A stretch of 49,602 bases of DNA from Candidatus Levybacteria bacterium CG2_30_37_29 (GTDB lineage Bacteria > Patescibacteriota > Microgenomatia > Levybacterales > GWA1-39-11). The notes beneath the pieces were generated by a model. That model saw only the letters and a program-made list of their open reading frames with translations, was not told where the DNA came from and made no database searches. The stretch spans positions 122,839-172,440 of the forward strand of contig MNYS01000006.1 of assembly GCA_001873215.1 (NCBI GenBank). The letters run 5' to 3'. Shown piece after piece: positions 35,399-44,854 of this stretch; position 1 is the stretch's first letter; each line of letters opens with the position of its first letter. Position numbers and translations under genes: made by a program.

Positions 35399-35500
35399 AC
35401 AATAACTCATTTGTTTTAATCTCTTTTATCTCTTGATAAGACAATCTTTTTTGTGTTACATTAAATATATATTAACTAGTTTGAAAGGAGGTGAAAAATA

Positions 35501-35746
35501 ATGCAAGACGATAACAATTCAAATCAGCCAACAATGCCGGGTGCGGGTGGACAACCTGTAACTCCGGTAACACCGGTGAATCCGGTAACACCAGTGACGC
35601 CAGTTGTACCGCCAACCCCAGAACCAGCAATGCCGGCGCCGGAAGTGCCAACAGTAGAGGCTCCAGTAGTGGGTGTGTCAACGCCGCCATCTACACAACC
35701 AACAGCTCCAACAGGTATCACAACGCCTGAAGAGCCAAAAATGTAA
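35501..35746 (+). CDS. Pro/Val/Thr-rich low-complexity peptide
   Basis: Strong SD GAAAGGAGGTGA, (PVT)n repeats, followed by terminator. Confidence 0.75.
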   Translation: MQDDNNSNQPTMPGAGGQPVTPVTPVNPVTPVTPVVPPTPEPAMPAPEVPTVEAPVVGVSTPPSTQPTAPTGITTPEEPKM

Positions 35747-35762
35747 AACTTGAAATTTTGCA

Positions 35763-35791
35763 ATATATCCCCGTTTTAAACGGGGATATAT
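35763..35791. terminator. Intrinsic terminator-like hairpin
   Basis: ATATATCCCCGTTT-T-AAACGGGGATATAT. Confidence 0.75.
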
Positions 35792-35797
35792 TTGTTG

Positions 35798-35813
35798 TGT
35801 GACGTGAATCACT
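35798..35813. promoter_or_regulatory. Crp/Fnr-type binding site
   Basis: TGTGA-CGTGAA-TCACT centred 41.5 nt upstream of GTG 35847; -10 TACAGT at 35835-35840. Confidence 0.65.
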
Positions 35814-35846
35814 GCACGAAGAAAAAAAACAAATTACAGTAAAGTA

Positions 35847-36218
35847 GTGGTTAGACTTATTTTAAAGGGTGATTATAAACTAATTGAAACCAAAAGAGGG
35901 ACAAATATTTTGATTTTGGATAAAAGGAGAAAATTTGTTTGGATTAATGCGGCGCGAATAGGGGAAATTCTTGTTGCAGCTCACGAAGCCCATAAAACAG
36001 ATCATCAGCTCGCAAACGGACAGTATAGATTGTATTCAGTCGAGGATGAGCCAGATCTTTCTGACCTTATTCATTTAGAATTGCATACAGGAAAAGGACA
36101 ATGGCAGGGATATATTTTACCTCTCGGTTTTCCGTCTAGAAAAAAAATACGCAGAAAAATTATTCCAACCGAGGAAACGATAACGTATTCTTCAAATAAT
36201 ATAAAAATTGTTATATAG
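35847..36218 (+). CDS. Hypothetical protein (probably leaderless)
   Basis: 123-aa ORF convergent with the Crp-family gene. Confidence 0.75.
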   Translation: MVRLILKGDYKLIETKRGTNILILDKRRKFVWINAARIGEILVAAHEAHKTDHQLANGQYRLYSVEDEPDLSDLIHLELHTGKGQWQGYILPLGFPSRKKIRRKIIPTEETITYSSNNIKIVI

Positions 36219-36879
36219 GAATACGTTCGTAATTTTTGTAAAGTTCACGCTCTAATTTTTTTAAATCATTTATTACTATTTTCCTATCCTCGTAGCCCGC
36301 AAGTCCCTTATTCTTCAGTTTTTCAAACTCTCTGCTTGCGGTTTCTCTTGTCATATTTATTGAGTTTGCAATGTCTTTATGCGTGATTGGAATATTAATA
36401 ATTGTTTTCCCATATTTTTTTATTCCAAAACGTTCTGCTAAAAATAAAAGCATTGAGACAAACCTTGGGTAAGCTTTAGTTATCTCAAGACTGTTGACTC
36501 TTTCAACAAAAATGTTAACCACGCCTGCCAGGTAAGTAGTAATAAAAATAAGCGTATCGGGATCGGATTTTAAGAAATCCAGAAATTCATCTTTTTTAGC
36601 ACACCTTAAAATTGAAGATTCAAGAGCTTCATAATAAACGTTTTTCAAAGTACCTTTAAATATCCATGTTAATGGAAAAAATTCTCCAACTGCATAAATA
36701 ATATGTAATTTTTCTTCTCCGTCTTCAGTAATATAATAGACTTTTATGCTTCCTTTTTGTATATAAAAAACTCCTGGGGGGCTCTGGTCCGGACGAAGGA
36801 TTATTTCATTTTTTTTTAAGAAAATAGGTTTTTTTTCTTCAAAGAATTTCTCAATCTTTTTAAGAGAATTTTGCGTCAT
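36211..36879 (-). CDS. Crp/Fnr family transcriptional regulator
   Basis: cNMP domain (FYIQKG.IKVY...DGEE...GEFF) and HTH ITHKDIANSINMTRETASR. Confidence 0.93.
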   Translation of the reverse strand: MTQNSLKKIEKFFEEKKPIFLKKNEIILRPDQSPPGVFYIQKGSIKVYYITEDGEEKLHIIYAVGEFFPLTWIFKGTLKNVYYEALESSILRCAKKDEFLDFLKSDPDTLIFITTYLAGVVNIFVERVNSLEITKAYPRFVSMLLFLAERFGIKKYGKTIINIPITHKDIANSINMTRETASREFEKLKNKGLAGYEDRKIVINDLKKLERELYKNYERIPI

Positions 36880-36931
36880 GTTGTTGATATATATCCAGTT
36901 TAAGAAATGGTAATACATTATATCAAATTTT

Positions 36932-36947
36932 AGTGATTATACTCACA
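36932..36947. promoter_or_regulatory. Crp/Fnr-type binding site upstream of the regulator gene
   Basis: AGTGA-TTATAC-TCACA; minus-strand TATAAT at 36922-36917. Confidence 0.6.
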
Positions 36948-37023
36948 CACATTTTGTATTTTTTGTCACTGACATAAATTATTTATTTTAATAAACTCTT
37001 ACAAGAAAGATGGGAGGTGAAAA

Positions 37024-37116
37024 ATGAAAATTTTATTAATACTCTTGGAAGAAATAAAAGAGGAAATAAAAATGATATTAGATCCTTGGAAAAAAATTTT
37101 AAATGCCAATCTTTAA
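37024..37116 (+). CDS. 30-aa peptide, not in ORF track
   Basis: SD GGGAGGTGA; MKILLILLEEIKEEIKMILDPWKKILNANL. Confidence 0.6.
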   Translation: MKILLILLEEIKEEIKMILDPWKKILNANL

Positions 37117-37134
37117 AAAAAGGAGGTGAAAAGC

Positions 37135-37284
37135 GTGAAGATAAAAGAGGAGGCGGGATATAGTAGGGGAAGAGATTTGGAAAAAGTAGAAAAGAAAAAT
37201 GAAATATTGGAAGATGAATTATGGAAAGAAAAAGTGGTTATGGATTCAATAATGCTTCCCCGAAGAATGTATAGGTGGGTTTAA
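37135..37284 (+). CDS. 49-aa peptide, not in ORF track
   Basis: SD AAAGGAGGTGA, GTG start; ends ...MDSIMLPRRMYRWV. Confidence 0.6.
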   Translation: MKIKEEAGYSRGRDLEKVEKKNEILEDELWKEKVVMDSIMLPRRMYRWV

Positions 37285-37303
37285 CAAAAAAAACAATGAT
37301 GAA

Positions 37304-37642
37304 TTATTGTTGTATTTTGAGAAGTTCTACTTCAAAGACCAGAGTTGCGTCCGGAGGAATTATGTTTCCTGCTCCAGATGAGCCATATCCAAATATAGGT
37401 GGAATAGTAAGTTTTCGGATGCCTCCGACTTTTATTCCGCAAACACCCATGTCCCAACCCTTTATTACATGTCCTACTCCGATTATTGTTTCAAAAGGTT
37501 CTTTTCTGTCACGTGATGAGTCAAATTTTGTTCCGTCCAGAAGCCATCCGGTATAGTGCATGATAACCGTATTTCCGGAAACAACTTCTTGGCCTGTTCC
37601 AACTTTTATATCTTCTATTTTAAAACCTGATGCATCCTGCAT
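37304..37642 (-). CDS. FKBP-type peptidyl-prolyl cis-trans isomerase
   Basis: [41 protein letters not shown]. Confidence 0.96.
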   Translation of the reverse strand: MQDASGFKIEDIKVGTGQEVVSGNTVIMHYTGWLLDGTKFDSSRDRKEPFETIIGVGHVIKGWDMGVCGIKVGGIRKLTIPPIFGYGSSGAGNIIPPDATLVFEVELLKIQQ

Positions 37643-37713
37643 TGTTAAGAGTATAGCAGATTTTGTTAATAAGATTATTGACTAACCGCTTATCAAAGTT
37701 TAGAATTACAAAC

Positions 37714-38283
37714 ATGTTAGAAAGAAGAATAGATATATTTACGGAGGATGATAGAAAAGCATTAAGGCAATTTCTCGGTTTGCCTCCTTTTGATATTACT
37801 TCTGACGCGGCCGATGATTTTGTCCGATGTCTACCAATACCGGAAATTAAAGATTCTCCCGATGTTACTCCTTCTGAAGATTTAAATTTTATTTTGAACG
37901 GTGAAATCTTTATGAAACATTTTTTGGAAGACTATTTTTCCTTTGAGAGCAATCATAGCTTAAAAAAAGAAGCACAGTTGATGTATGGGAGTTTTTATAT
38001 TTGGCAGGAAAGTTGCGTTCAAGACTTTATTAATAAAGGTGATCCTATTTCTATGGAAGCGGCGGATATTATTTTTTCGCTGACTCTTCAAAAAATTTAT
38101 GAGTTTACAAATAACCAAGAAGCAAAATACAGGGAAGTAAGCGGGAATGTGTCATATGGAACAACGGAACACACAGAATTAAAAAATAAAACACATAGAT
38201 GGGCTAAATATAGGCGCATAAGTATGGGAGCTGCAAATATAGAAAAGCACCAATTTGAAAAAGACAATGGATTATCTCTCTGA
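37714..38283 (+). CDS. Hypothetical protein
   Basis: ORF with TAGAAT -10 just upstream of ATG 37714. Confidence 0.65.
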   Translation: MLERRIDIFTEDDRKALRQFLGLPPFDITSDAADDFVRCLPIPEIKDSPDVTPSEDLNFILNGEIFMKHFLEDYFSFESNHSLKKEAQLMYGSFYIWQESCVQDFINKGDPISMEAADIIFSLTLQKIYEFTNNQEAKYREVSGNVSYGTTEHTELKNKTHRWAKYRRISMGAANIEKHQFEKDNGLSL

Positions 38284-38986
38284 TCTACATCATGAAGTGC
38301 GATCAATCGCAAATCCCGGAAAAGCTAAAATTCTTTCCGGGTTTTTTAAAACAGGAAAAGGTGAATATGGAGAAGGAGATATTTTTTTAGGACTTACTGT
38401 TCCACAGTCGCGGAAAATAGTATTTAAGTATAAAAATTTATCTATTAACGAAGTTAAAATTCTTTTAAGTTCGAAAATTCACGAAGAACGGCTAATTGCA
38501 CTTTTAATTTTGGTTCATAATTTTGAAAAAGGATCGGATAAAGAAAAAGAAGCAGCATATAAGATTTATCTTCAAAATACACAATACATAAACAATTGGG
38601 ATCTGGTAGATTTGACGGCACCAAAAATCGTTGGTGAATGGTTAATAAATAAAAATCGTTCAATTCTTACAAAGCTTGCTCGCTCAAAAAACCTTTGGGA
38701 GAGGCGTATTGCAATGATCGCAACACACCAGTTTATTTGTAAAAATAAAACAGAAAAGGACACGTTTGAAATTGCAGAAATTTTGATTGACGACAAACAT
38801 GATCTTATACAAAAAGCAGTAGGATGGATGCTTCGCGAAGTTGGTAAGCGCATTGGTCAAGGAGTAGAGGAAGAGTTTTTAAAAAAACATTACAAGAAAA
38901 TGGGTAGAACATCTCTTCGGTACGCAATAGAGCGTTTCCCCGAAAAGATCCGCAAACAATACCTTCTCTCAAAAATTCAAGCTTGA
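38267..38986 (+). CDS. alkD: DNA alkylation repair protein (AlkD family glycosylase)
   Basis: FFKTGKGEYGEGD.FLG..VP, INNWDLVD, WERR, KAVGWMLREVGK, RYAIE. Confidence 0.93.
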   Translation: MDYLSDLHHEVRSIANPGKAKILSGFFKTGKGEYGEGDIFLGLTVPQSRKIVFKYKNLSINEVKILLSSKIHEERLIALLILVHNFEKGSDKEKEAAYKIYLQNTQYINNWDLVDLTAPKIVGEWLINKNRSILTKLARSKNLWERRIAMIATHQFICKNKTEKDTFEIAEILIDDKHDLIQKAVGWMLREVGKRIGQGVEEEFLKKHYKKMGRTSLRYAIERFPEKIRKQYLLSKIQA

Positions 38987-39018
38987 CAAGCATTTACTTT
39001 TTCTGCATTAATTTACCT

Positions 39019-39192
39019 ATGGCAAGAAAATGGGAAGGTAGAAAATTTAGCAAAAATAAACTTGTTACTTTTTATTGGATAATTGCGGCGCTTACCGTTT
39101 TTTTTATTCAAGGAGCCAATGCTAGGGGTGTTATGTGGGTTTTTTTGGTTTTTGCTTTTTTTACTTATTACACCCTCAAAAACTACAAGTAA
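39019..39192 (+). CDS. Small two-TM membrane protein
   Basis: TTGACA promoter at 38983; hydrophobic hairpin. Confidence 0.6.
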   Translation: MARKWEGRKFSKNKLVTFYWIIAALTVFFIQGANARGVMWVFLVFAFFTYYTLKNYK

Positions 39193-39194
39193 TT

Positions 39195-40352
39195 TTATAT
39201 CTGTTTTTTTGATCGCATCTTTTGGTAATAATCTTTTTCAGAAACCAAAAATGCGCCCATTGCCATAAGTCCTAATACTGTATTAACAATCCATCCTACA
39301 ACTGGGACATATGACAGAAGCGAAAAAATTACTACGCCAAGCACATACATCCAAGCAAGAGAAATTTTCTTTCCCAAATATGGAGCAACTCTTTTACCAA
39401 TAGCCATTGCAGCAAGAATTTTGGAGTAGGAAAGAAGCAGAAAAAAGAAAATAAGAGTAAGAAATGCAAGCGGTATTCCAAGAATTGTTGCAAAAAATAA
39501 CACAAAAAGTATTGGTGTAATAATTATTGCAACAAGTCCTACGATAAATGTTCTGCCCGGAGATCCCCAGACAAGCGCCGCTGTTTTTTCAGTATACACT
39601 GGCATAAAATAAATAAGAAGAAGCCCCACAATTAAAAGTGCTAAAAATCCTACTATTTTTGACCAAAGTAAAAATGCGGTAAGCGATTTGTTTATTGAAA
39701 TTTTAGCTTTTTCTATTTCCGGCGGGGGAGAGTGCTTTTCTATTTTCCCCGTGATAGCAGCGTCTTTTGAAATAGTTGCTTTGTTGTTGCTCCAGTAAAT
39801 AACACTGCCTCCTACTTTTGCATTTTTTCCAAAAGAAAGTGTGCCAACTGCGCCTCTTATGTCTTGTGAAACAGAGTTTTCAAATGTTGCATTCGCTACT
39901 ACAAGATGTACTCCCTTACCGATTGGCGATTTTACTTCAAGTTTTTCTGCTATGGCCACAAGGCTTCCGGTAATATCTGCGGGATCTGTAATTTTTACGT
40001 TTTGGGCGACAAGAGTTATATTTCCTCCGACTTTTGACGTAATGATAACATTACCACCAATTGCTCTAATATTTCCCTTGACGTCTCCTTTTACGGTTAT
40101 TGTTGCGCCGGTTGCAAGGAGATCACCATTTACAGCACCGTTTACAACTACTGTTTTTCCAGCAAGATATGCGTCGCCATTTACACTACCGTTAAGAGTT
40201 ACAGAATTTCCTGCTGCAAAATAGTCCTTTTCAATAGTTAACTCGCTTGGTAATAAAATTGGTTTGGTTGGTGAATATTGAGCAAAAGCAGGAAAAGAGA
40301 ATTGTGTTAGTAGGGCAAGAGTAAAAATAAAAACATAAAGAATTTTTTTCAT
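39195..40352 (-). CDS. Beta-helix (polymer-forming/bactofilin-like repeat) membrane protein
   Basis: Signal peptide, repeats of V.GD...AG..V...G, C-terminal multi-TM domain with TILGIPLA and VPVVGW. Confidence 0.8.
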   Translation of the reverse strand: MKKILYVFIFTLALLTQFSFPAFAQYSPTKPILLPSELTIEKDYFAAGNSVTLNGSVNGDAYLAGKTVVVNGAVNGDLLATGATITVKGDVKGNIRAIGGNVIITSKVGGNITLVAQNVKITDPADITGSLVAIAEKLEVKSPIGKGVHLVVANATFENSVSQDIRGAVGTLSFGKNAKVGGSVIYWSNNKATISKDAAITGKIEKHSPPPEIEKAKISINKSLTAFLLWSKIVGFLALLIVGLLLIYFMPVYTEKTAALVWGSPGRTFIVGLVAIIITPILFVLFFATILGIPLAFLTLIFFFLLLSYSKILAAMAIGKRVAPYLGKKISLAWMYVLGVVIFSLLSYVPVVGWIVNTVLGLMAMGAFLVSEKDYYQKMRSKKQI

Positions 40353-40524
40353 CCGAAATCTTTCAGTCTTTGTATACCAAATAAAAAATTCCTTGTCAAG
40401 ACAGAACTTTTTGAAATGTTTAAATAAACGGTGAGGAACTGGTTTATTTGTTCCTATTTGAGGTGCCACCTCAATTACGCACGAATTTTAAAAGTGTTGC
40501 AAAAAGTGCTTGTTAATCGTTGAA

Positions 40525-41067
40525 TTATTCTTCCTTTTCTTCCGGGGGTAAAAATTCTTCGCCTGTTTTTTCGTATTCTCCAGGGCGCAACCACTGTACA
40601 TAATCGCATCCTGTTGCGTGTTTATTTTCTCTATCCCATCCTGAAGTGCTGCATTTTTTCATTCGTTTTCCTGAAGCCGTTGTATAAAGTACTAGCTTTT
40701 TTCCGCATTGAGGACAATCTTCATCAAGTTCTTCGGTTGTTCCGTTTATCCATTCTACAAAATCACATCCTGTTGCGGTTTTGGTTGCCGCATCCCATCC
40801 CCCCGTCGTACATTTTTTCATCTTTTTACCAAACCTTGTCATTGCCATGACCAAAGGAGAACCGCATTTTGGACATTTTTCATCCAATGTTTGAGGTTCA
40901 AAAGGCAGCCATTTTACATAATCGCAGCCTTCTGTTTTTCTGGTTGTCGGGTTCCATGATCCTGCGGTGCATCTTTGTAATTTTCTTCCGTTTGCGGTTG
41001 TTGTGACATCCGAAAGTGCGCTTCCGCATTTTGGACAAACTTCTTTTTCGACTTTTTCTTCTGGCAT
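40525..41067 (-). CDS. Stand-alone triple topoisomerase-type C4 zinc-ribbon protein
   Basis: Three repeats CP.CG...C...W....GCD[YF]V.W. Confidence 0.85.
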   Translation of the reverse strand: MPEEKVEKEVCPKCGSALSDVTTTANGRKLQRCTAGSWNPTTRKTEGCDYVKWLPFEPQTLDEKCPKCGSPLVMAMTRFGKKMKKCTTGGWDAATKTATGCDFVEWINGTTEELDEDCPQCGKKLVLYTTASGKRMKKCSTSGWDRENKHATGCDYVQWLRPGEYEKTGEEFLPPEEKEE

Positions 41068-41179
41068 AGACTTTATACTAACTTAAATAATAAAGGGTTG
41101 TCAATACATAATTTTCCATCAAAAGTTTCAAGAGTTTTGCCAAGTTGCATTTTCTGTCTTATTCTTCTATATTCATCAT

Positions 41180-41914
41180 GTGAAAGTACGCGCTATCAAA
41201 ACCGAAAAAGTTACATCAAAAAGTATAAGCTTAGAACTTCTTTTAAATAAATATCTTCCCAAAATTTTTGAGAACTCCATTGTTGTTATAACTTCAAAAA
41301 TTGTATCGCTTTGCGAGGGTAGAGTTGTCGCGATCGAAGATGTTGACAAAAATGAATTAATAAAAAAAGAAGCAAACTTTTTTATTCCTCCTGAAAAAAA
41401 TCAGTACGGAATTACTCTTACTTTAAAAAACGGAATGCTTGTTGCAACAGCAGGAATTGACGAGTCAAATGGTAACGGGTATTACATCTTGTGGCCGGAA
41501 AGCGCGCAGAAAACGGCAAACAATATACGTTCTTATTTATGCAAAAGATTTGGGCTAACAAATATCGGCGTTATAATTTCCGACAGTAGAACTACGCCTC
41601 TCCGGTGGGGGACAACAGGTTTTGGGCTCGCGTATAGCGGTTTTAACCCCATTAAAAATTATATTGGAACGCCGGATTTATTTGGGAAAATTCTAAAAAT
41701 TACTAAAAGCAATGTTTTGGATGCGCTTTCAGTTGCAGCAGTAATGGAAATGGGGGAAGGGCTGGAGCAAACCCCAATTGCCCTTATAACAAATATCCCT
41801 TATGTTGAATTTTTGTCACGCAATCCTACAAAAAAAGAGCTTGACCAGATGCGAGTTAAGCTCGACGAGGATTTATATTCTATTTTTTTTGAAAACGCTC
41901 CGTGGGAAACTTGA
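41180..41914 (+). CDS. CofE-family gamma-glutamyl ligase (probably folate-related)
   Basis: VITSKIVSLCEGR, AGIDESN, GVIISDS..TPLR.G, MGEG.EQTP. Confidence 0.88.
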   Translation: MKVRAIKTEKVTSKSISLELLLNKYLPKIFENSIVVITSKIVSLCEGRVVAIEDVDKNELIKKEANFFIPPEKNQYGITLTLKNGMLVATAGIDESNGNGYYILWPESAQKTANNIRSYLCKRFGLTNIGVIISDSRTTPLRWGTTGFGLAYSGFNPIKNYIGTPDLFGKILKITKSNVLDALSVAAVMEMGEGLEQTPIALITNIPYVEFLSRNPTKKELDQMRVKLDEDLYSIFFENAPWET

Positions 41915-42048
41915 TATAATATTTCAATGGAGCAAAAAGATAAAAATGGATCAAGCAATAAGATTGTTTTTATAGTTCAGATAAAATTTGAAATGTCTTC
42001 GAAATAATTTATCTAATTTGCTGCGGTGTGGTAAACTATAATTCTGAC

Positions 42049-42582
42049 ATGAATGCTTTTCTTAAAGAACTTAAATTTCCTTCGACAAAACACACATACA
42101 TAAAAGATATTACCGGTGTGGTAAACAAGAGCATAAAAAAAGTTGGTGCAAAACAAGGTTTTGTAATTATAAATAGTAAGCATACGACATTGGGAGTAAT
42201 TGTTAATGAAATCGCAGAGCCAAATCTTTTACAGGATATGATAGAGCATACTCTAAAACATATACCTGAAGATAGGCGTTCAACAAAAGTCCACAAAAAC
42301 TACGTACACCCCACAGTTGACTACAAACACCGTTGTCAGGATAATCCATATTGCAATGAAATAGATGAAGATTATAATGCGGCGGCTCACATCCGCGCGT
42401 TAACATTCTCTCACGCGAGTGTTACGCTTCCTGTTCGGAATGGGAAACTTGAATTAGGAAAATACCAGCAGGTTGCGATTTTTGAACACGATGGGCGAGA
42501 CGGAAAAGGGAAAAATCCAATCAGACAAAGAACAGTCCAAATATGGATTTATCCAGCTAATGATTTTTCCGTCTTATCTTAA
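42049..42582 (+). CDS. yjbQ: YjbQ/UPF0047 family protein
   Basis: HTT.G..VNE, NAAAHIRA, G.L.LG.YQ....EHDG. Confidence 0.88.
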   Translation: MNAFLKELKFPSTKHTYIKDITGVVNKSIKKVGAKQGFVIINSKHTTLGVIVNEIAEPNLLQDMIEHTLKHIPEDRRSTKVHKNYVHPTVDYKHRCQDNPYCNEIDEDYNAAAHIRALTFSHASVTLPVRNGKLELGKYQQVAIFEHDGRDGKGKNPIRQRTVQIWIYPANDFSVLS

Positions 42583-42598
42583 GAGGTAAGGAAATGTT

Positions 42599-43153
42599 AT
42601 GGTAATGAACAAGATCACATTGACACATTTAAATATTAGACAAAGTGTTTCTATACTTATAGCAAAACTTTTTTTGACCGATTTATTATCAGTAATAATT
42701 ATTATTTCTTTTTATTTTGCGCTTGTACGGGGTGAACAAATTATTAATTTTGCCTTTTCAAGCGCCCCAATTTTTTTGACAGTTTTTATACTTCTTGGAT
42801 TTTTTAAAGTTTTAACCGGTATATATATAATTCTTTCGTGGCTTAACGAATACTATGAAATAACTTCTGAGTGCATTTTTCATAAAAAAGGGATAATCTT
42901 TAAAAAAACAGAACAGTATAGATTGGATCATTTAAGAGTGATGCATGTTCAAGATAGTTTGATTGGGGAACTACTTAATTTTGGAACCATATCGCTTTTT
43001 GACATAAGATTAAATAAATATCTTGATATGTACCTGATTCATAATCCGAAAAGATATGCTCGCATAATTAAAGAATTAAGACCGGAGCTTGAAACAAAAC
43101 AAGAACGTACAAACCTACCATTTGTTCCCAAAGAGGACGAAGAGGAATGGTAA
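42599..43153 (+). CDS. Membrane-flanked bacterial PH domain protein
   Basis: Two TMs; YEIT...I..KKGIIF...V.DSLIG.LLNFGTI. Confidence 0.8.
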   Translation: MVMNKITLTHLNIRQSVSILIAKLFLTDLLSVIIIISFYFALVRGEQIINFAFSSAPIFLTVFILLGFFKVLTGIYIILSWLNEYYEITSECIFHKKGIIFKKTEQYRLDHLRVMHVQDSLIGELLNFGTISLFDIRLNKYLDMYLIHNPKRYARIIKELRPELETKQERTNLPFVPKEDEEEW

Positions 43154-43209
43154 TCATTAAGATTAGTATTTTTTTATTTTTAAAGTTGAGAAAACCTTAG
43201 GCGTAAAAA

Positions 43210-43869
43210 TTATTTAACAAATACAAATATTGCACTTTTATTATCATGTTCCCATCTGCGATTAAATTCCGCGTTTGGAAGAATTCTTTTTTCTCCAATT
43301 TTTGGATCGTAAATTGTTGTTTCTGTTGAATTTATTTCTTGTAGGGTAACCATGTGTCCGCCGTCAGCCCTGGTCCAGGAAGAAAAAGGAAGAAACACAA
43401 ATAATTTATAAGAAGGATTTGTTTTATTTTTTGTCGTTTTAATTATGTCTGACATTTCAGCAAGAGAAAGAGTTCTTCTATATGCTACTGTGATATCAGA
43501 AGAAGGAAATTTTTGCTTAAATTCAGGCGTGGAAAATACATTTAAAACAAAAGGTAAAACCTTTATTCCCTCGCTATCTCTTTCTGTAAGCCTGTGTTTT
43601 AAAGCGGTTTGCAAAAATCCTTCATATAGTTCCGGTGTGATAGAGGCTCCTGTTATTTCACTGAAAACACTCATAACTGCTGCGCCGACACAATCAGAAC
43701 CATTTCTCTGCATAACTTCATTTATAGGACCAAGAGTAACAGGAATAACGTTCTGATCAGAAGATTTGTGAGATAATTTTTGAACCAATTTTCTTCCCGT
43801 ACCCAATTTCCATGGGGGCATACCGAAAGGAAAGTTTCCTTCAAATCTGTTGTCCATTCCTCCATACAT
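43210..43869 (-). CDS. Papain-fold C39-like cysteine peptidase
   Basis: Q..GSDCVGAA, GGHMVTL, IYDP..G, EF.RRW; start uncertain. Confidence 0.7.
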   Translation of the reverse strand: MYGGMDNRFEGNFPFGMPPWKLGTGRKLVQKLSHKSSDQNVIPVTLGPINEVMQRNGSDCVGAAVMSVFSEITGASITPELYEGFLQTALKHRLTERDSEGIKVLPFVLNVFSTPEFKQKFPSSDITVAYRRTLSLAEMSDIIKTTKNKTNPSYKLFVFLPFSSWTRADGGHMVTLQEINSTETTIYDPKIGEKRILPNAEFNRRWEHDNKSAIFVFVK

Positions 43870-44039
43870 TTTTGGCAATCTTATGAATCCTTTATTAAAT
43901 AGATTAAGCAGGGAAGTAACATCATTAGGATCTGAATTTTCCTAATTTTTTTCAGCCGTAAAATTTGTAGATAAATTGCCGAGGGTTATTTCTGAAGATT
44001 CACCTGTTATTGTTTTATAATAACATAAAGCATGGTTTG

Positions 44040-44270
44040 TTAATTTTCAATAATCTCAAAAAGCTTGTTCTTCGATTTTCGTCCTGATATGAAGTTTATA
44101 TTCCTCTTTTTTACTTTAAAATGTTTTGCCAGTGCTTCAATGACCGCGATGTTGGCCCGATTTTCAAGCGGCGGTTCACTGACATAGACATGCAAAGTCC
44201 CCAGCAAATCCGGTTCGACTCTTGGCTTTTTACTATTCACATGCGCGATAACGGAAATTTTCACATACAT
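44040..44270 (-). CDS. DUF167 (YggU/UPF0235) protein
   Basis: V.EPP.ENRAN.AVI..LAKHF.V...I..ISG.KSKNK. Confidence 0.9.
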   Translation of the reverse strand: MYVKISVIAHVNSKKPRVEPDLLGTLHVYVSEPPLENRANIAVIEALAKHFKVKKRNINFISGRKSKNKLFEIIEN

Positions 44271-44321
44271 ATTATAACTAATATATTGATATGAAAAAGC
44301 AGTTGTGATAGTTTATCGGTA

Positions 44322-44722
44322 ATGAGCGTAGAAATTGAAGGAACGGAAAGTTCAGAAAAACCAAACATAATAAACTCCACCGTTTTGATAGATGAAAAGG
44401 AAGTTGTAATTCCAACGCTTAATGGTAGAGCATATAGAGAAAAAGTAGTGGCTCAATTGGGAAAAAGATTTGTCTGCAAGCAGACAATAGAAACTACTTC
44501 AACCCGCGAAGAGACCGACCCTCAAACAGGAAAGACTAGAGTAGCAACATCAAAAACAGTAAATTATTTTGGTGGGTTAATGGAAGACGTGAACGGAATG
44601 GTGTTTATTTAGGATGCGGCACGGAAGTTTTAACAATAAAACCTTCTTCTGAAGCAAAATTACTTTGTTGCGGTATCGCCATGTCTTTATTGCAGCCGCA
44701 AACTCTCCCCACCGCGGATTAA
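44322..44722 (+). pseudogene. Frameshifted desulforedoxin-like (CxxC...CC) gene
   Basis: ORF 44322-44612 has AQLGKRFVC; -1 frame 44612-44722 gives GCGTEVLTIKPSSEAKLLCCGIAMSLLQPQTLPTAD*. Confidence 0.6.
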
Positions 44723-44785
44723 AATTTTAAAAACTATTCATAGATTTTGAATTGCTTCTGGTTCTGTTCAGTCTATTTAAAAAAC

Positions 44786-44801
44786 GGTGATTATGATCAC
44801 T
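44786..44801. promoter_or_regulatory. Possible Crp/Fnr-type site
   Basis: GGTGA-TTATGA-TCACT upstream of 44855. Confidence 0.45.
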
Positions 44802-44854
44802 GTTGTTTAATATATATAATAATCTTATTAAGAAGAACGAAGTGAGATGAGATA

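Noticed and set aside
43870-44015. In-frame upstream extension of the C39-like ORF through a TAG (readthrough or recoding)
   Set aside because: No start codon or recognisable homology upstream; TAG, TGA and TAA all terminate conserved genes in this window.
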